Positions 35,509 to 46,696 of a stretch of 64,000 nucleotides of DNA are shown in pieces. Within the stretch, counting starts at the first letter, position 1, and each line of letters starts with the position of its first letter. Location of the stretch: NCBI GenBank assembly GCA_002269645.1, contig NIVC01001918.1:1-64000 (forward strand). Direction: 5' to 3'. Both the position numbers and the translations under genes were made by a program. Below the pieces are notes generated by a model. The model searched no databases and was not told where the DNA came from. It saw only the letters and a program-made list of their open reading frames with translations. The DNA is from Macrostomum lignano. Taxonomy: Eukaryota.

Positions 35509-38500
35509 ATGCGCATTTTGAGCTTGTCTATCTTGTCATTGCCAATTTGGCTGATTGTCTCGTTGACACCGGACGGCGCCAGCGGTCTTGGCAGTGAAGC
35601 AAAGAGTAGCGCCTCTTCCTGGCGACAGCAGTTGGTGAACTTCACTGGCAGAGACGGTCGCTGGCACCAGTGGCCAGTAAAAGAGCAGCGTGTGCTGGTC
35701 AGAGGTGACATTTACCTGGGAGGACTAATGATGGTTCACTCGCGGTCGGAAAGCCGTGTCTGCGGTTCAGTCATGCCGCAGGGCGGCGTTCAGGCCCTCG
35801 AAGCCATGCTATTTACACTGGACCAAGTCAACAGGCTTGGACTGGCTGGGCCCAACGTTACCCTCGGGGCCTTCATCAAGGACGACTGCGACCGCGACAC
35901 CTACGGCCTAGACCAAGCTGTTGAGTTCATTAAGGGTGAGAGCAACAGATTACAGATGCACATCAGACTGCAATCATACTGCACACCTAGTTCCTATGAT
36001 ATTGGTTTATCAAAGCTTTAATACCTTTCGAGTAACATTAGAGACCCATTCTGAAAGCTACGTCAACATAAAAAAAGCACCAAAAACTTGATGCATCCGA
36101 GCAAGCATCGCGTGCATGTAGACGAGAAAAGTACGCCAAACGTAAATCTTTTATGTGAGCAACGCGTACAGGCATTACTATTATGCATACTATTATGTTC
36201 AAACCTCGCCACAGAGATTCTGCATAGCTATCTCACTCGTTTCGGTAAATTTTTATCCCAACCCATACCGTACAGGGGCCGGGGTATATGAAGAGAATTT
36301 GTTGATTCCAAGTCCTCTGCTCCTGGAAAAAGATAAAGCACGAGAAAGTTGCACAATGGGTATATAGGCATATAGTGGGATGCATATGTGTCGCAGTCTG
36401 ACGCTCGCGCTATAGCCTCTGGTTCGATTCCGTTCGCAGTCACATCAACTCAGGGCCCGTGCCTTGTACACTAAAATCGGCTGGGAGTGGTCTTGTGATT
36501 CAATCCCTATGGTACATGTCTGAAGATTAGAAAATCAGGACCTCTTTGCACCCTGTGTGAGCGTGTGTATTAATGCGTGCCTGCACACAGCATTGGTGCA
36601 CTCGTATGCGCTCAGCAATGGGCAAAATTGCCTCATCGCTGGTTGTGGGATGATGTCGCCGAAGGCGTTGCTCTCCAGGATGCTCACACCGCTGCCCTGC
36701 ACTGAAACACTGCAGCCTCGCCGAAGATCAGCTCCGGCCAGGCCGCGTGCAGTCGCCGCCCAAGCTTCGACGCCGGAGTTGGAGGCGAAGGCGACGGGCC
36801 TCCATTGATCACTGGCGTTGTCGGAGCTCCTTCGTCCATCACGTCGAGCCACGTGGCGTCTCTGCTTAAGTTGTTTGATATTCCACAGGTTCTAACGGAT
36901 TTTGAGTTGTCTTTAACTCATAAATTTATTGCAAACTACGAGCTCTAAACTCGAGAGTTTCTCTATTTTAGATTAGCTTCTTTTCAACAGCGCCGCAGCT
37001 GTCGGACAAGAATCGATTTCCATTCTTCATGAGAACCATTCCCTCGGACGCCTACCAAGCTGTGGCGATAGTGGAGCTCGCCAAGCTGTTCAACTGGTCG
37101 TACGTGTCAGTCGTCTACGAGGACTCAAGTTATGGCAGAGGGGTGGGTTCGCATGATGGCTATGATTTAATTCACATTGGAAGACTTTCACTACACCCCT
37201 CTCTCTCTTAGTGTGGGGTAACCTGTTCAAAAATGCAGTGATTAAGCTCTAGCTCAACGGTTTGTAAATTGTTTAGTACGAAAACATAGCTAGGAAAGCA
37301 TTAAGCTGGTAAATTTATAAAGAACCTTAATTTTAAGTTTTTTATTTCTCAAGTTAAATAAGTTGTGGATTTCTAATTCTCTCCTGCCATCCAGGCTCTT
37401 GAGCAGATGGAGAGACTGTTTAGGGAAAGCGACATCTGCCTGGCCCGAGTAGAAACTCTGCCACGAGACTCGAAGCTGGCCAGAGTTGAGGACTACTATG
37501 ACAAGATCGAGCGTCTACTCAATCATCAGAGCCTATTTGACGGACTTGGCGCTAAAGGTACACGCTGAAAATCAAGGCAGAATACTGCTCCTGCTACTTT
37601 TAGTAGAGAAGTAGAGAAATATTAAATGAGGGTCTTCTCTCAACACTGTTACACAGGAGTAATTATATTCGGCTCCGACCAAGAAGTTGGCGACTTCATG
37701 TCGGCAGTCAGACGGCTCAACTGCTCGGACAAGTTCAGCTGGATCGGCTCCGACGGCTGGGGCGCCCGGCCGCTGGCTTACAGAGAAGGAAATGAGAAGA
37801 CAGTAGGTGGCTGATCCTCATAAACTTGTAACACCTTCTCCCGTAAATAAGCTGGTTAAATTGCAAATGATAAACTGTTTCTCATAACTCAGGTCGAGGG
37901 AGCAGTGACAGTGCAGCCTCTAGCAGAGCCCATCGTCGGCTTCAAGGAATACTTCCTCAGCCTGCGACCCGACACCAACAAGCGGAACCCGTGGTTCGCT
38001 GAGTTCTGGGAAGACTACTTCGACTGCTGGCTGCCCGACGGGCCGCAGACGCCGTACAACCAGAAGCACTCGGAGATGTGCCGACCGGAGCTCAGAATGT
38101 CGGAGTCGGACGCGAAGTTCGTGCTCGAGCCGCAGCTGCAGTTCGTCAGCGATGCGGTGATGGCGTTCGCGGTGGCGTTGCGGGTGAGGTGGGCTACGTT
38201 GAGCAAGAGAGGCTGGCTACAATCTCTAAGTGTAAGTGAAAATCATTCGCATGCAAAACTGCCCTGCAAAATCTTCCCTCAGAATCTCCGCATTCAGCTG
38301 TGCCGTCCGGGAGTTTCCCATCCAGCGTGTTTGCACCGGCTGGCCACTAGTGGCTCCGAGCTGCTAGTCGAGCTAAAGTCAGTCAATTTCACGGGCCTAT
38401 CCGGGATGGACGTGCACTTCACGCCGGGCAACGCGGATGGCCCGCCGCGCTATCGGATTCTGAACTTCCAGGCGGACAGTGAAAGCGGCTACAGCTGGCG

Positions 38501-41368
38501 CGAGGTCGGACGCTTCGATGGAGCCCGCGGCGGCGTCCAGCTCGAGTGGAGCAGCCTGCGCTTCCGCGGCGGGGCCAGCCAGCCACCAGTGTCCGCTTGT
38601 CGGCCAGAATGTTCGGACAGTTCAATCCGCCAGGTGTCACCCGGCGAGTGCAGCTGCTGGATGTGCGTCCACTGTCCGGATTATCACGTTGTCGACGAGG
38701 AACGACAGCATTGCATCCTGTGCAAGAAGGGCACTCGGCCCTCCTCAGACAGGACAACTTGCGAGCCCATCGATATGGTAAAGAATAGCTCTGGAACCTG
38801 AGACACAAAGACTAGTGCTCGATTGAGCGATGTGTCGAGTCTGCGACTCAAGATTTGTGCCTCGAAATAGAGGACAATCAATTAGTGATCATGACTAACT
38901 CCAAAGTCAAGTACTATACGAGCTACATGTAAAAGGACCAGTGAACTTGGGGACAGACGGATTTGAAGTCTAGTACCCATTCGATCTCAGCATATCCGAT
39001 GCGAGCAAATTTTTAGATTTGAGAAGCTTTGGGCCTGGCGAACGATGCGAGCTACTTCTAGAAGTAGAGAGCTGTTTTACATCCAAGGCTTTCATTTCTA
39101 CTTGTGGCTTGTAACGCCGGGAAACCACTCTTTCTCAGGAGTTCCTAAGCTTCGGCCACCCGGTGGCGGCTGTGGCAGCGACCCTTGCCTCCCTTGGCGT
39201 CGCGGCGTCGCTGTTTGTCCTCTTCGAATTTGCGCGCTATCGCGATAGCGCCGTAGTTCAAGCCTCCGGCCTGGAGCTGAGCCTGCTGCTGCTGCTGGGC
39301 CTCGTCGTGTGCTACTCGGCGACCTTCCTGCTGTGCGCCCGGCCCAGCAACTGGCTCTGCGGCGTCCAACGGTTCGTCGTCGGATTCGGCGTCGCCGTCA
39401 GCTCGTCGGCGCTGCTGGTCAAGACGGTGCGCCTCGAGCGACGCTTTAGAACAGGACGACCAGGTTTCGAGCCGTTGAAGCAGGTACATGAGCATTCGTC
39501 AAGGACGCCAAGATCATTAAAAACCAGACTTTAAGTCTCATCAACCGTGGGCAGAGTAGGTTAGCGGTAGCACGTCTGAATATCGCACCAAAGTACACTC
39601 GGGTTCAATTCAATAATTTGGGGCTCGGGCACGAAAGTCAGTCTGTGGCTTGTGGTTCAACTCGCGTCCAGGAGGGCCAAACCCCAAGGCACAGAGTGTG
39701 CATATGCCTGACAATGAGAACGGGGTCAGCAGAATGGGCATGATGGCTTGCCTACTCGCTGGTTGCGAGACTTATCAGTACAGTTAATTCACAGCCAGTG
39801 TCCAAAGACCCTGCAATCAAAATGACTGACCAACTGCTCCCCACGCATCCAAGGTGCTGCTGTTTCTGCTGCTTGTCGCTGTTCAACTGGCCGCTCTCAT
39901 CGGGTGGCTCCTGCTGCAGCCGCCGAAGTCGGTTAGCCACTTTCCGTCACGTGACCGACACCAGCTGGTCTGCTCGTCTCTGATTGGCCTGCTCTACCTG
40001 GTCGGCCTGGCTTACCCCATGCTGCTGGTGCTGCTCTGCACTGTCTGCGCCTTCTTCGCTCGGAACATCCCGGACGGGTTCAACGAGACTAAGCACATCG
40101 GATTCACCATGTACAGCTCGTGCGTCATCTGGCTTGGCTTCGTTCCCTGCTACGCCCTGACTGGCGCTTTTGTTCACATCCGGGTAGCAACGCTTTGCTT
40201 TGCCATTACCCTGTCTGCCACAGTCACATTGGCCTGCCTGTTTGGCCCGAAGTTGTACATCATCCTGCTGCGTCCCGAGCTGAACGTGCGCCAGGCTGAG
40301 CAGTGCGGCTGCCAGTATCCGCTGCAGGAGAGACAGCCTGAGCCCGAAGCTAAGAGGCTGCTGTCCAGTCAACTGCAGATAGACGATTGCTCTCAGACCG
40401 GATGTGAGTTCTTGCGTCTGGATATTAAAATTTTCGGTTGTTTTTTTCGTTAGACAGACCTGCATGGGCAGCTAAATCCTTGAGCCGGAACAAATGTCAC
40501 GAGTTGAAGGCCATTGGTGCTGCAAGCCTGTGACAAGCTGAAAAAGTGTAGATTCTAGAATAACTAAAAAGGCCACTCAGCACATTTGCGTGTAAGCTAC
40601 TTTCAGTTCAGTAGTAAGTTAAACTGAAGCATTTTTATGTATTTAGAAATACACGGCTTATTTATTGGCTCTTACCCTCAAGCTTAAACTCTCAACTCCT
40701 TAAACTCTCAATTTTTATTTCCTTCCTCGGTTGTTCCAGTCTAAATCTGCCATGTACATTTCAGTGGCGAATGTACATTAATTCTTAACCAATTATGGCA
40801 AGCTGTTTACGTCTGCAAGCTTGGCAGTCATCTATCTCAGTAAGTCATCTCATCTCATCTCATCTCATAAACAGTCATCTCAGCTGCCTTTATTTTTATA
40901 AAATAGCCTATGTATTCTTCATTGCTACTGAACTGAAAGTAGACAGCTATTTTACTAAGTATATACGCATGAGTGGCCCATCCAGTTATTCTGGTATCTG
41001 TGTGTACAACTGGGCTACTTACAATTTTAGAAAGAATTTCTTAACTACCCAAACATCAGTCTAACATCGAGTTCCTTCTAATTAACACATAAAGTCATCA
41101 AAACTGCCCCTTCCGGAACCGTGGCATCCGCATTCCTTTCCCCTTGCCGAGTCCCGCAGTTGAGCTCGCATCTCTCCATTCGCCAGTCAAGTCGCCAACT
41201 TCAATTCGGGCTGTTCAGACCGAGGTGACTCACGCCAGCTGGCACAGCGACCGAATGACCCAGACTGGATCGGGCGACTGCGGCAGCGTCTTGGTGCTGA
41301 CGGCGACCAGAAGATTTGCTGCTGCAGCTGTTGTTACTGCTGATGCGGATGCTGGGTTGGCTGATTGA
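35509..41368 (+). CDS. Class C GPCR of the metabotropic glutamate receptor family, most like Drosophila mXR/mangetout
   Basis: Phase-consistent exons: 35509-35935, 36716-36888, 36972-37142, 37395-37557, 37657-37802, 37893-38183, 38283-38777, 39139-39483, 39854-40403, 41160-41368 (last exon least certain). Signal peptide; Venus flytrap (GDIYLGGLMMVH, MPQGGVQALEAM, DDCDRDTYGL, RTIPSD, WIGSDGW, RNPWFAEFWE); 9-Cys CRD; 7TM (ASGLELS, PDGFNETKHIGFTMYSSC, FGPKLYIILLRPE). Confidence 0.92.
36370..36690 (+). mobile_element. SINE-like family A copy with B box, in GPCR intron 1
   Basis: GGTTCGATTCC B box at ~36421, hairpin CTGAAGATTAGAAAATCAG, and 3' part matching 3430-3575. Confidence 0.6.
39545..39760 (+). 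mobile_element. SINE-like family A copy with A/B-box-like head, in GPCR intron 8
   Basis: TAGGTTAGCGG..GGGTTCAATTC head, TAATTTGGGGCT, GAGGGCCAAACCCCAAGGCACAGAGTGT, hairpin CCTGAC..GTCAG. Confidence 0.6.
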
Positions 41369-41684
41369 GTCTCTGAAGAAGCTGACGGAGCTGAAGCGGC
41401 CCTACTACTGAAGCGCCCTAGCGGCCCTCTTTAGAAAGCCCTACTAGTAGATGAGTAGTGGTTAAACAGACTAATGCACCTCTTTGCGTTCTACCTGAGC
41501 CATTTAGCGTTCGATTTTGGTTGGCGCACTGTTTGTCGCAAAGTCATAATCACCTGACCTGAGGCAGTAGTTAAGTTTGGAGCTCATCTAGGGCTCATTC
41601 TTTTACAGAGAATACAGAATTTTAGCGTTATCAACTTAACGTTTTAGTCCAGCATCAGCCACCCCCCCCCAAGTTGGCGCAAAA

Positions 41685-42290
41685 CTCCCTCTCTCTCCTC
41701 TCCCACCCTCTCTCTCCTCTCTCACCCTCTCTCTCTCCTCTCCCACCCTCTCTCTCTCCTCTCCCACCCTCTCTCTCCTCTCTCACCCTCTCTCTCTCCT
41801 CTCCCACCCTCTCTCTCCTCTCTCACCCTCTCTCTCTCCTCTCCCACCCTCTCTCTCCTCTCTCACCCTCTCTCTCTCCTCTCCCACCCTCTCTCTCTCC
41901 TCTCCCACCCTCTCTCTCTCCTCTCCCACCCTCTCTCTCCTCTCTCACCCTCTCTCTCTCCTCTCCCACCCTCTCTCTCTCCTCTCCCACCCTCTCTCTC
42001 TCCTCTCCCACCCTCTCTCCTCTCCCACCCTCTCTCTCCTCTCCCACCCTCTCTCCTCTCCCACCCTCTCTCCTCTCCCACCCTCTCTCGCCTCTCCCAC
42101 CCTCTCTCCTCCCCCCCTCTCTCCTCTCTCACCCTTTCTCTCCTCTCCCACCCTCTCGGCTCTCCCAGCCTCTCTCTCGCCTCTCCCACCCTCTCTCTCT
42201 CTCCTCTCCCACCCTCTCTCTCTCCTCTCCCACTCTTTCTCTCCTCTCCCACCCTCTCTCTCCTCTCCCACCCTCTCTCTCCTCTTCCTC
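41685..42290. repeat. CT-rich 17-21-bp minisatellite
   Basis: Reiterated CTCTCCCACCCTCTCT(CT)C; almost purely pyrimidine on + strand. Confidence 0.95.
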
Positions 42291-42924
42291 CCCGCCAGAT
42301 TTGAGCACAAAAGAGCGCAATGTACATAGCACAGAAATTCCTCTAGGTAAATTCAGTGCATGAAACTACCTCATATTCAATACTGGGCGTTTATCTGCCG
42401 ACGAAATATTAGTGTTTGCTAGTTTTACTGGCGATCTTGAATATTAAGATTTATTGTTTTAACTATGTGCTTTGTTACTTTGTTTGTACCGATTGCCGCT
42501 ATGGAAGGATTGAAACGAAGTCAACACAGTCAGGCCATGGATAAAATGTATCCAATGCATGCTCAGGTCTGAGGGCTCAGGGCGTTGTTGTTTCACCATG
42601 CAACTTTTAACTCCAGTTGACCTTAAATGGCCCTCTGTCGGCTATACTGTTAATAGGTAATACGAGCGTAACGAGGGGGCGCTTACGCTTAATGATCGAT
42701 AATTTGAGTCTGAGCTCCTTGGATTAGGCAGGATTAGCTGTGTAATCAGACGCAAGCGTAGCACTCTGTACCTCATTGAGTCAGACTAGTCTCGGTTAGT
42801 CTGCATCGCAAAGTCAACGAGTGCGGCAGCCAAGTTCAACTTCAAGATCCATTACAAGGACACAACTAAAACTGCTCGATCGCTCGCAGCCAAAAGATCT
42901 GTTCCAATCGGTCGTGATCCGAAT

Positions 42925-43130
42925 CAAGACGAGACGAGAGCCGAGAATGTCGAGACGAGAGCCGAGAATGTCGAGACTAGAGCCGAGAATGTGGAGCCGA
43001 GAACCGAGAATGCCGAGACGAGAGCCGAGAATGTCGAGACGAGAGCCGAGAATGTCGAGACTAGAGCCGAGAATGTGGAGCCGAGAACCGAGAATGCCGA
43101 GACGAGAGCCGAGAATGTCGAGACGAGAGC
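42925..43130. repeat. 21-bp minisatellite with 84-bp higher-order period (~10 units)
   Basis: CGAGACGAGAGCCGAGAATGT; variants ACTAGAG and GGAGCCGAGAACC recur every 4 units. Confidence 0.95.
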
Positions 43131-44016
43131 TCGTAGTTGTGTTCCGCTTTTGATGGAGCTGGGGCTCAAGGTAGCTCTAGTTGCAGATGAATGACGCAAA
43201 TGACGCAGATGATGCGCAGATGAATGACGGAGATGACGAATTTGGAGTAAAGGCTGGAGTAAAAGTGAAGAGTCAGATCGAAAATCGTTTTCTACATCAT
43301 CAGAACTTTTTCTAGATCAAGTAGGTCTAACGCAAAAACTAATGCTTTGAATGTTATTCCGTTCAAGTAAGTTGTGTAAAATATTTTTGTTGTAAAATGG
43401 AACAGATAAGCAATTTTGGTTGAAGCACACTGAGTGAGAAGGCTCCAGAATCTTGGATACTCAAAAGTTGTGGCCCCATCCCGTACTTTACACCAATCAG
43501 GTGTGATAATTATCGGGAGTGTCCAGGGCGTCGGTGACCTGGTGAGCGCAGTCCAACGGCTCAACGGCTCGAATAGATTCAGCTGGATCGGCGACTCCGG
43601 CTGCTGGGGCATCCCGCCAAAGCCCTACGGCGACGCCAGAGATGAAGCTGTGGGTGCCCGAAACTAGGACTGATTTTTGCGCAGCTTACTATTGTCAGTA
43701 GCTATCTGAGTAATTCAACTTGAAAACTTCATCAACTATTCAGATTAAAGGCGCAGTGACAGTGCAGCCTCTAGCAAAGCATATCTTCGGCTTCAAGAAG
43801 TACTTCGTCGGCCTGCGACCCGACACCAAAACGCGGAACCCGTGGTTTGCCGAGTTCTGGGAGGACTACTTCGACTGCTGGCTGCCCGACGGGCTGCAGA
43901 CGCCGTACAACCAGAAGCACTCGGAGATGTGCCGACCGGAGCTCAGAATGTCGGAGCCGCAGCTGCAGTTCGTCAGCGATGCGGTGATGGCGTTCGCGGT
44001 GGCGTTGCGGGTGAGG

Positions 44017-44107
44017 CGGGCTGTGATTGCTGGGACTGTGCGGGAGGCTGTGATTGCTGGGACTGTGCGGGAGGCTGTGATTGCTGGGACTGTGCGGGAG
44101 GCTGTGA
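44017..44107. repeat. 27-bp intronic tandem repeat (~3.4 copies)
   Basis: GCTGTGATTGCTGGGACTGTGCGGGAG directly after the exon 6' donor. Confidence 0.9.
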
Positions 44108-45179
44108 TGCCACAAAAAGGCATTCGGGGTCGCAGTTCGAGCATTTTCGTGCCCCGTTCCATCAGGTGCTTTACAACCGCTTCTGCACTGCTGGCCTGCC
44201 CCGCCCGGACTGCCTGCGGCGGCTGTCGACAAGCGGCCCGGAGCTCTTAGCCGCGCTGCAGTCGATCACCTTCGAGAGCCATACCGGGGGCGACTTCAGC
44301 TTTACTCCTGACAGCCGCGACGGCCCTCCGCTCTATCGGATTCTGAACTTTCAGTATAATGGGGAGCAGCTGACAAGAAGCTACAGATGGCGCGAGGTCG
44401 CCCGCTTCCTCGCTCCAGGTTGCCAACTGCGCTTCTGCGACGGTGGCAGCACGCCACCGAAATCTGACTGCCAGCCCGAGTGTCCGCCGAGATCCCGGCA
44501 GGCAGCGAATCCCAGGGGAGTCGGCTGCGAATGCTGGCTTTGCGTCCGGTGCGCCGAGAACCAAGTTTTAAGCGAGGACAAGCAGCAGTGCAATACCTGC
44601 CCGGCCGGGACCAGGCTGTCCGAGATTCTAAACCGCTGCGAGCCAACTGAAGAGGTTCGCGGCATTCATGCATTTAGAGCAGCTTCTGGGGGGCAGAGCA
44701 GCCCAGAGGAAAACGCGCCCGACTCTCGCGTGACAGCCCCTGATTCGATTCCGTGTGCGGCGAAATTCGTTTGGGGCTTTACTTTAGTCGTCCTTGAGTC
44801 CTGACAACGGAAAACGCGAGTCGAGAAAGCACGCTTAAAAATTCTTTCAAATGAAAGGATCTTGTGATGACGGGGGAGATTCCGCTTTTCGTCTGGTGGT
44901 GAACGGACCCTCACTGCGGCCGCTGGCCCACTCGCGTACAACAGCTCGAGCGGCTCGACCGTCTCAAGCACTCGTAGGACGCAGTGCTAGTCGGGGGTTG
45001 GGACGGCTAACGACGCTCAAATCACGCCTATAGGCCCGACGCAGAAAAAAACCAAAAGAACAGTACAACAGGAAGCTTATGGTTATCCTGACACACGGAT
45101 GCAGCCGGCGTATTTCTCCGCGGGGCGGCGGGACGCAGCACAGGTGTGACGGGGAACGGAGGTAACGCAGACGAACAAC

Positions 45180-45495
45180 GTAAATGACGCAGATGAATGA
45201 CGCAAAGGACGCAGCTGAATGGCGCAAATGACGCAAATGACGCAGATGACGCAAATGACGCAGATGAATGACGCAAATGACGCAGATGAATGACGCAAAG
45301 GACGCAGCTGAATGGCGCAAATGACGCAAATGACGCAGATGACGCAAATGACGCAGATGAATGACGCAAATGACGCAGATGAATGACGCAAAGGATGCAG
45401 ATGAATGACGCAAATGACGCAGCTGAATGACGCAAAGGACGCAGATGAATGACGCAAATGACGCAGATGACGCAGATGACGCAAATGAATGACGC
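45180..45495. repeat. TGACGCA-based minisatellite (9-13-bp subunits); short related array at 43188-43240
   Basis: Reiterated ATGACGCAA / ATGACGCAGATGA. Confidence 0.92.
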
Positions 45496-46696
45496 GGAAT
45501 AACAATGCAACTAGTGGCCGGGGTTGCCAGAAACCTGGGAAGGGCAGCATCAAAACGGGCTTTCAGGGGGGTTCCAAGTAAATAGCTCGTAGATGGGCCA
45601 AAGTCTGCATGTAACGGGTATCCTAAGTTTTAGAATCTGAATATTTCATAGCCACTGCATCCGTGTCGTCACAGTTTCACCCGCCTCTCAGGAGCTCCTC
45701 ACCTTCAGCCACCCGGCAGCGATTGCCGCGGTGGCGCTCGCCTCTTTGGGCGTCGCGGCATCGCTGTTCGCCATCGGCGTGTTTGTCTGGCATCGCGACA
45801 GCGCCGTGGTTCGAGCCTCCGGCCTGGAACTGAGCCTGCTGCTGCTGCTGGGCCTCGTCCTGTGCTACTCGGCCACGTTCCTGCTGTGCGCCCGGCCCAG
45901 CAACTGGCTCTGCAGCATCCAACGGTTCGTCGTCGGATTCGGCGTCGCCGTCAGCTCGTCGGCGCTGCTGGTCAAGACGGTGCGAAGCGCCTTGTCGACT
46001 GGAGTGCAGGTTGGTTCGGACAGTGTTCGACGCGAGCCTTCAAAAAGTTTCTAAGAAACGAAGGTTGCTCCGTCCATTTATCATTTACTTCCAAAGTTTT
46101 ATTGAGATAAATTCCACCACCCAGATGGTCACTTTTGGGCTTCTCGTCAGCGTCCAACTGGCCGCGCTGACGGTGTGGCTCATGCTACAGCCGCCGCAGG
46201 TGGTGAGCTAATCTCCGTCACGTGACCGCCAACAGCTGGTCTGCGCCTCTCTGATTGGTCAGGCCTATCTAATCTGTTTGGCCTATCCAATGCTGCTAGC
46301 GCTCTTCTTTTTGATTGGCTCAGCCTCCTCCGCTCTCCGGAACGTCCCGGTTGCGAGCAACGAAAGCAGGCAGCTGTGCGTCACCGCCGTCTGCAACTTC
46401 ATCACCTGTCTGCTGCTCCTGCTCTGCTACTTACTGGCTAGCGAGTCTGCAGCCATCCGCATCTTGGCTCTGTGTTTTGGCACCTCAGTGTCAGCTTCGG
46501 CAACTCTGGTCAGCCTGTTCGCCTCTCAGCTGCGCTTCATCATGCTGAGTCCGGCCGCAGAGAGTCCGGCCCCACGTCAGGCTGACCAGCTGCAGGAAAT
46601 TCGATCTGGCGATGAAGCTGACCAGAGTCTGGTCAGGGCCTGAGAGCTTGAACTTTTAAAAATCAATGTGAAGGAGTCGTTTTGAAAAACAAACAC

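Larger units (their letters stand above)
43501..46643 (+). pseudogene. Duplicated 3' half (exons 5-9) of the class C GPCR; one in-frame TAA; pseudogene or alternative 3' exon block
   Basis: Exons 43501-43649, 43744-44010, 44166-44654, 45692-46009 and 46125-46643 correspond to exons 5-9 of the upstream gene with the same splice phases. CRD cysteines are retained. TAA at 46209-46211, after which the frame continues to 46643. No homologue of exons 1-4 recognised in 41400-43500. Confidence 0.75.

Noticed and set aside
42821-42925. Possible diverged exon 4 homologue (SITRTQLKLLDRSQPKDLFQSVVIRIKT) for the duplicated GPCR half
   Set aside because: Only faint similarity, runs into a minisatellite, and no phase-1 donor found to join 43501.
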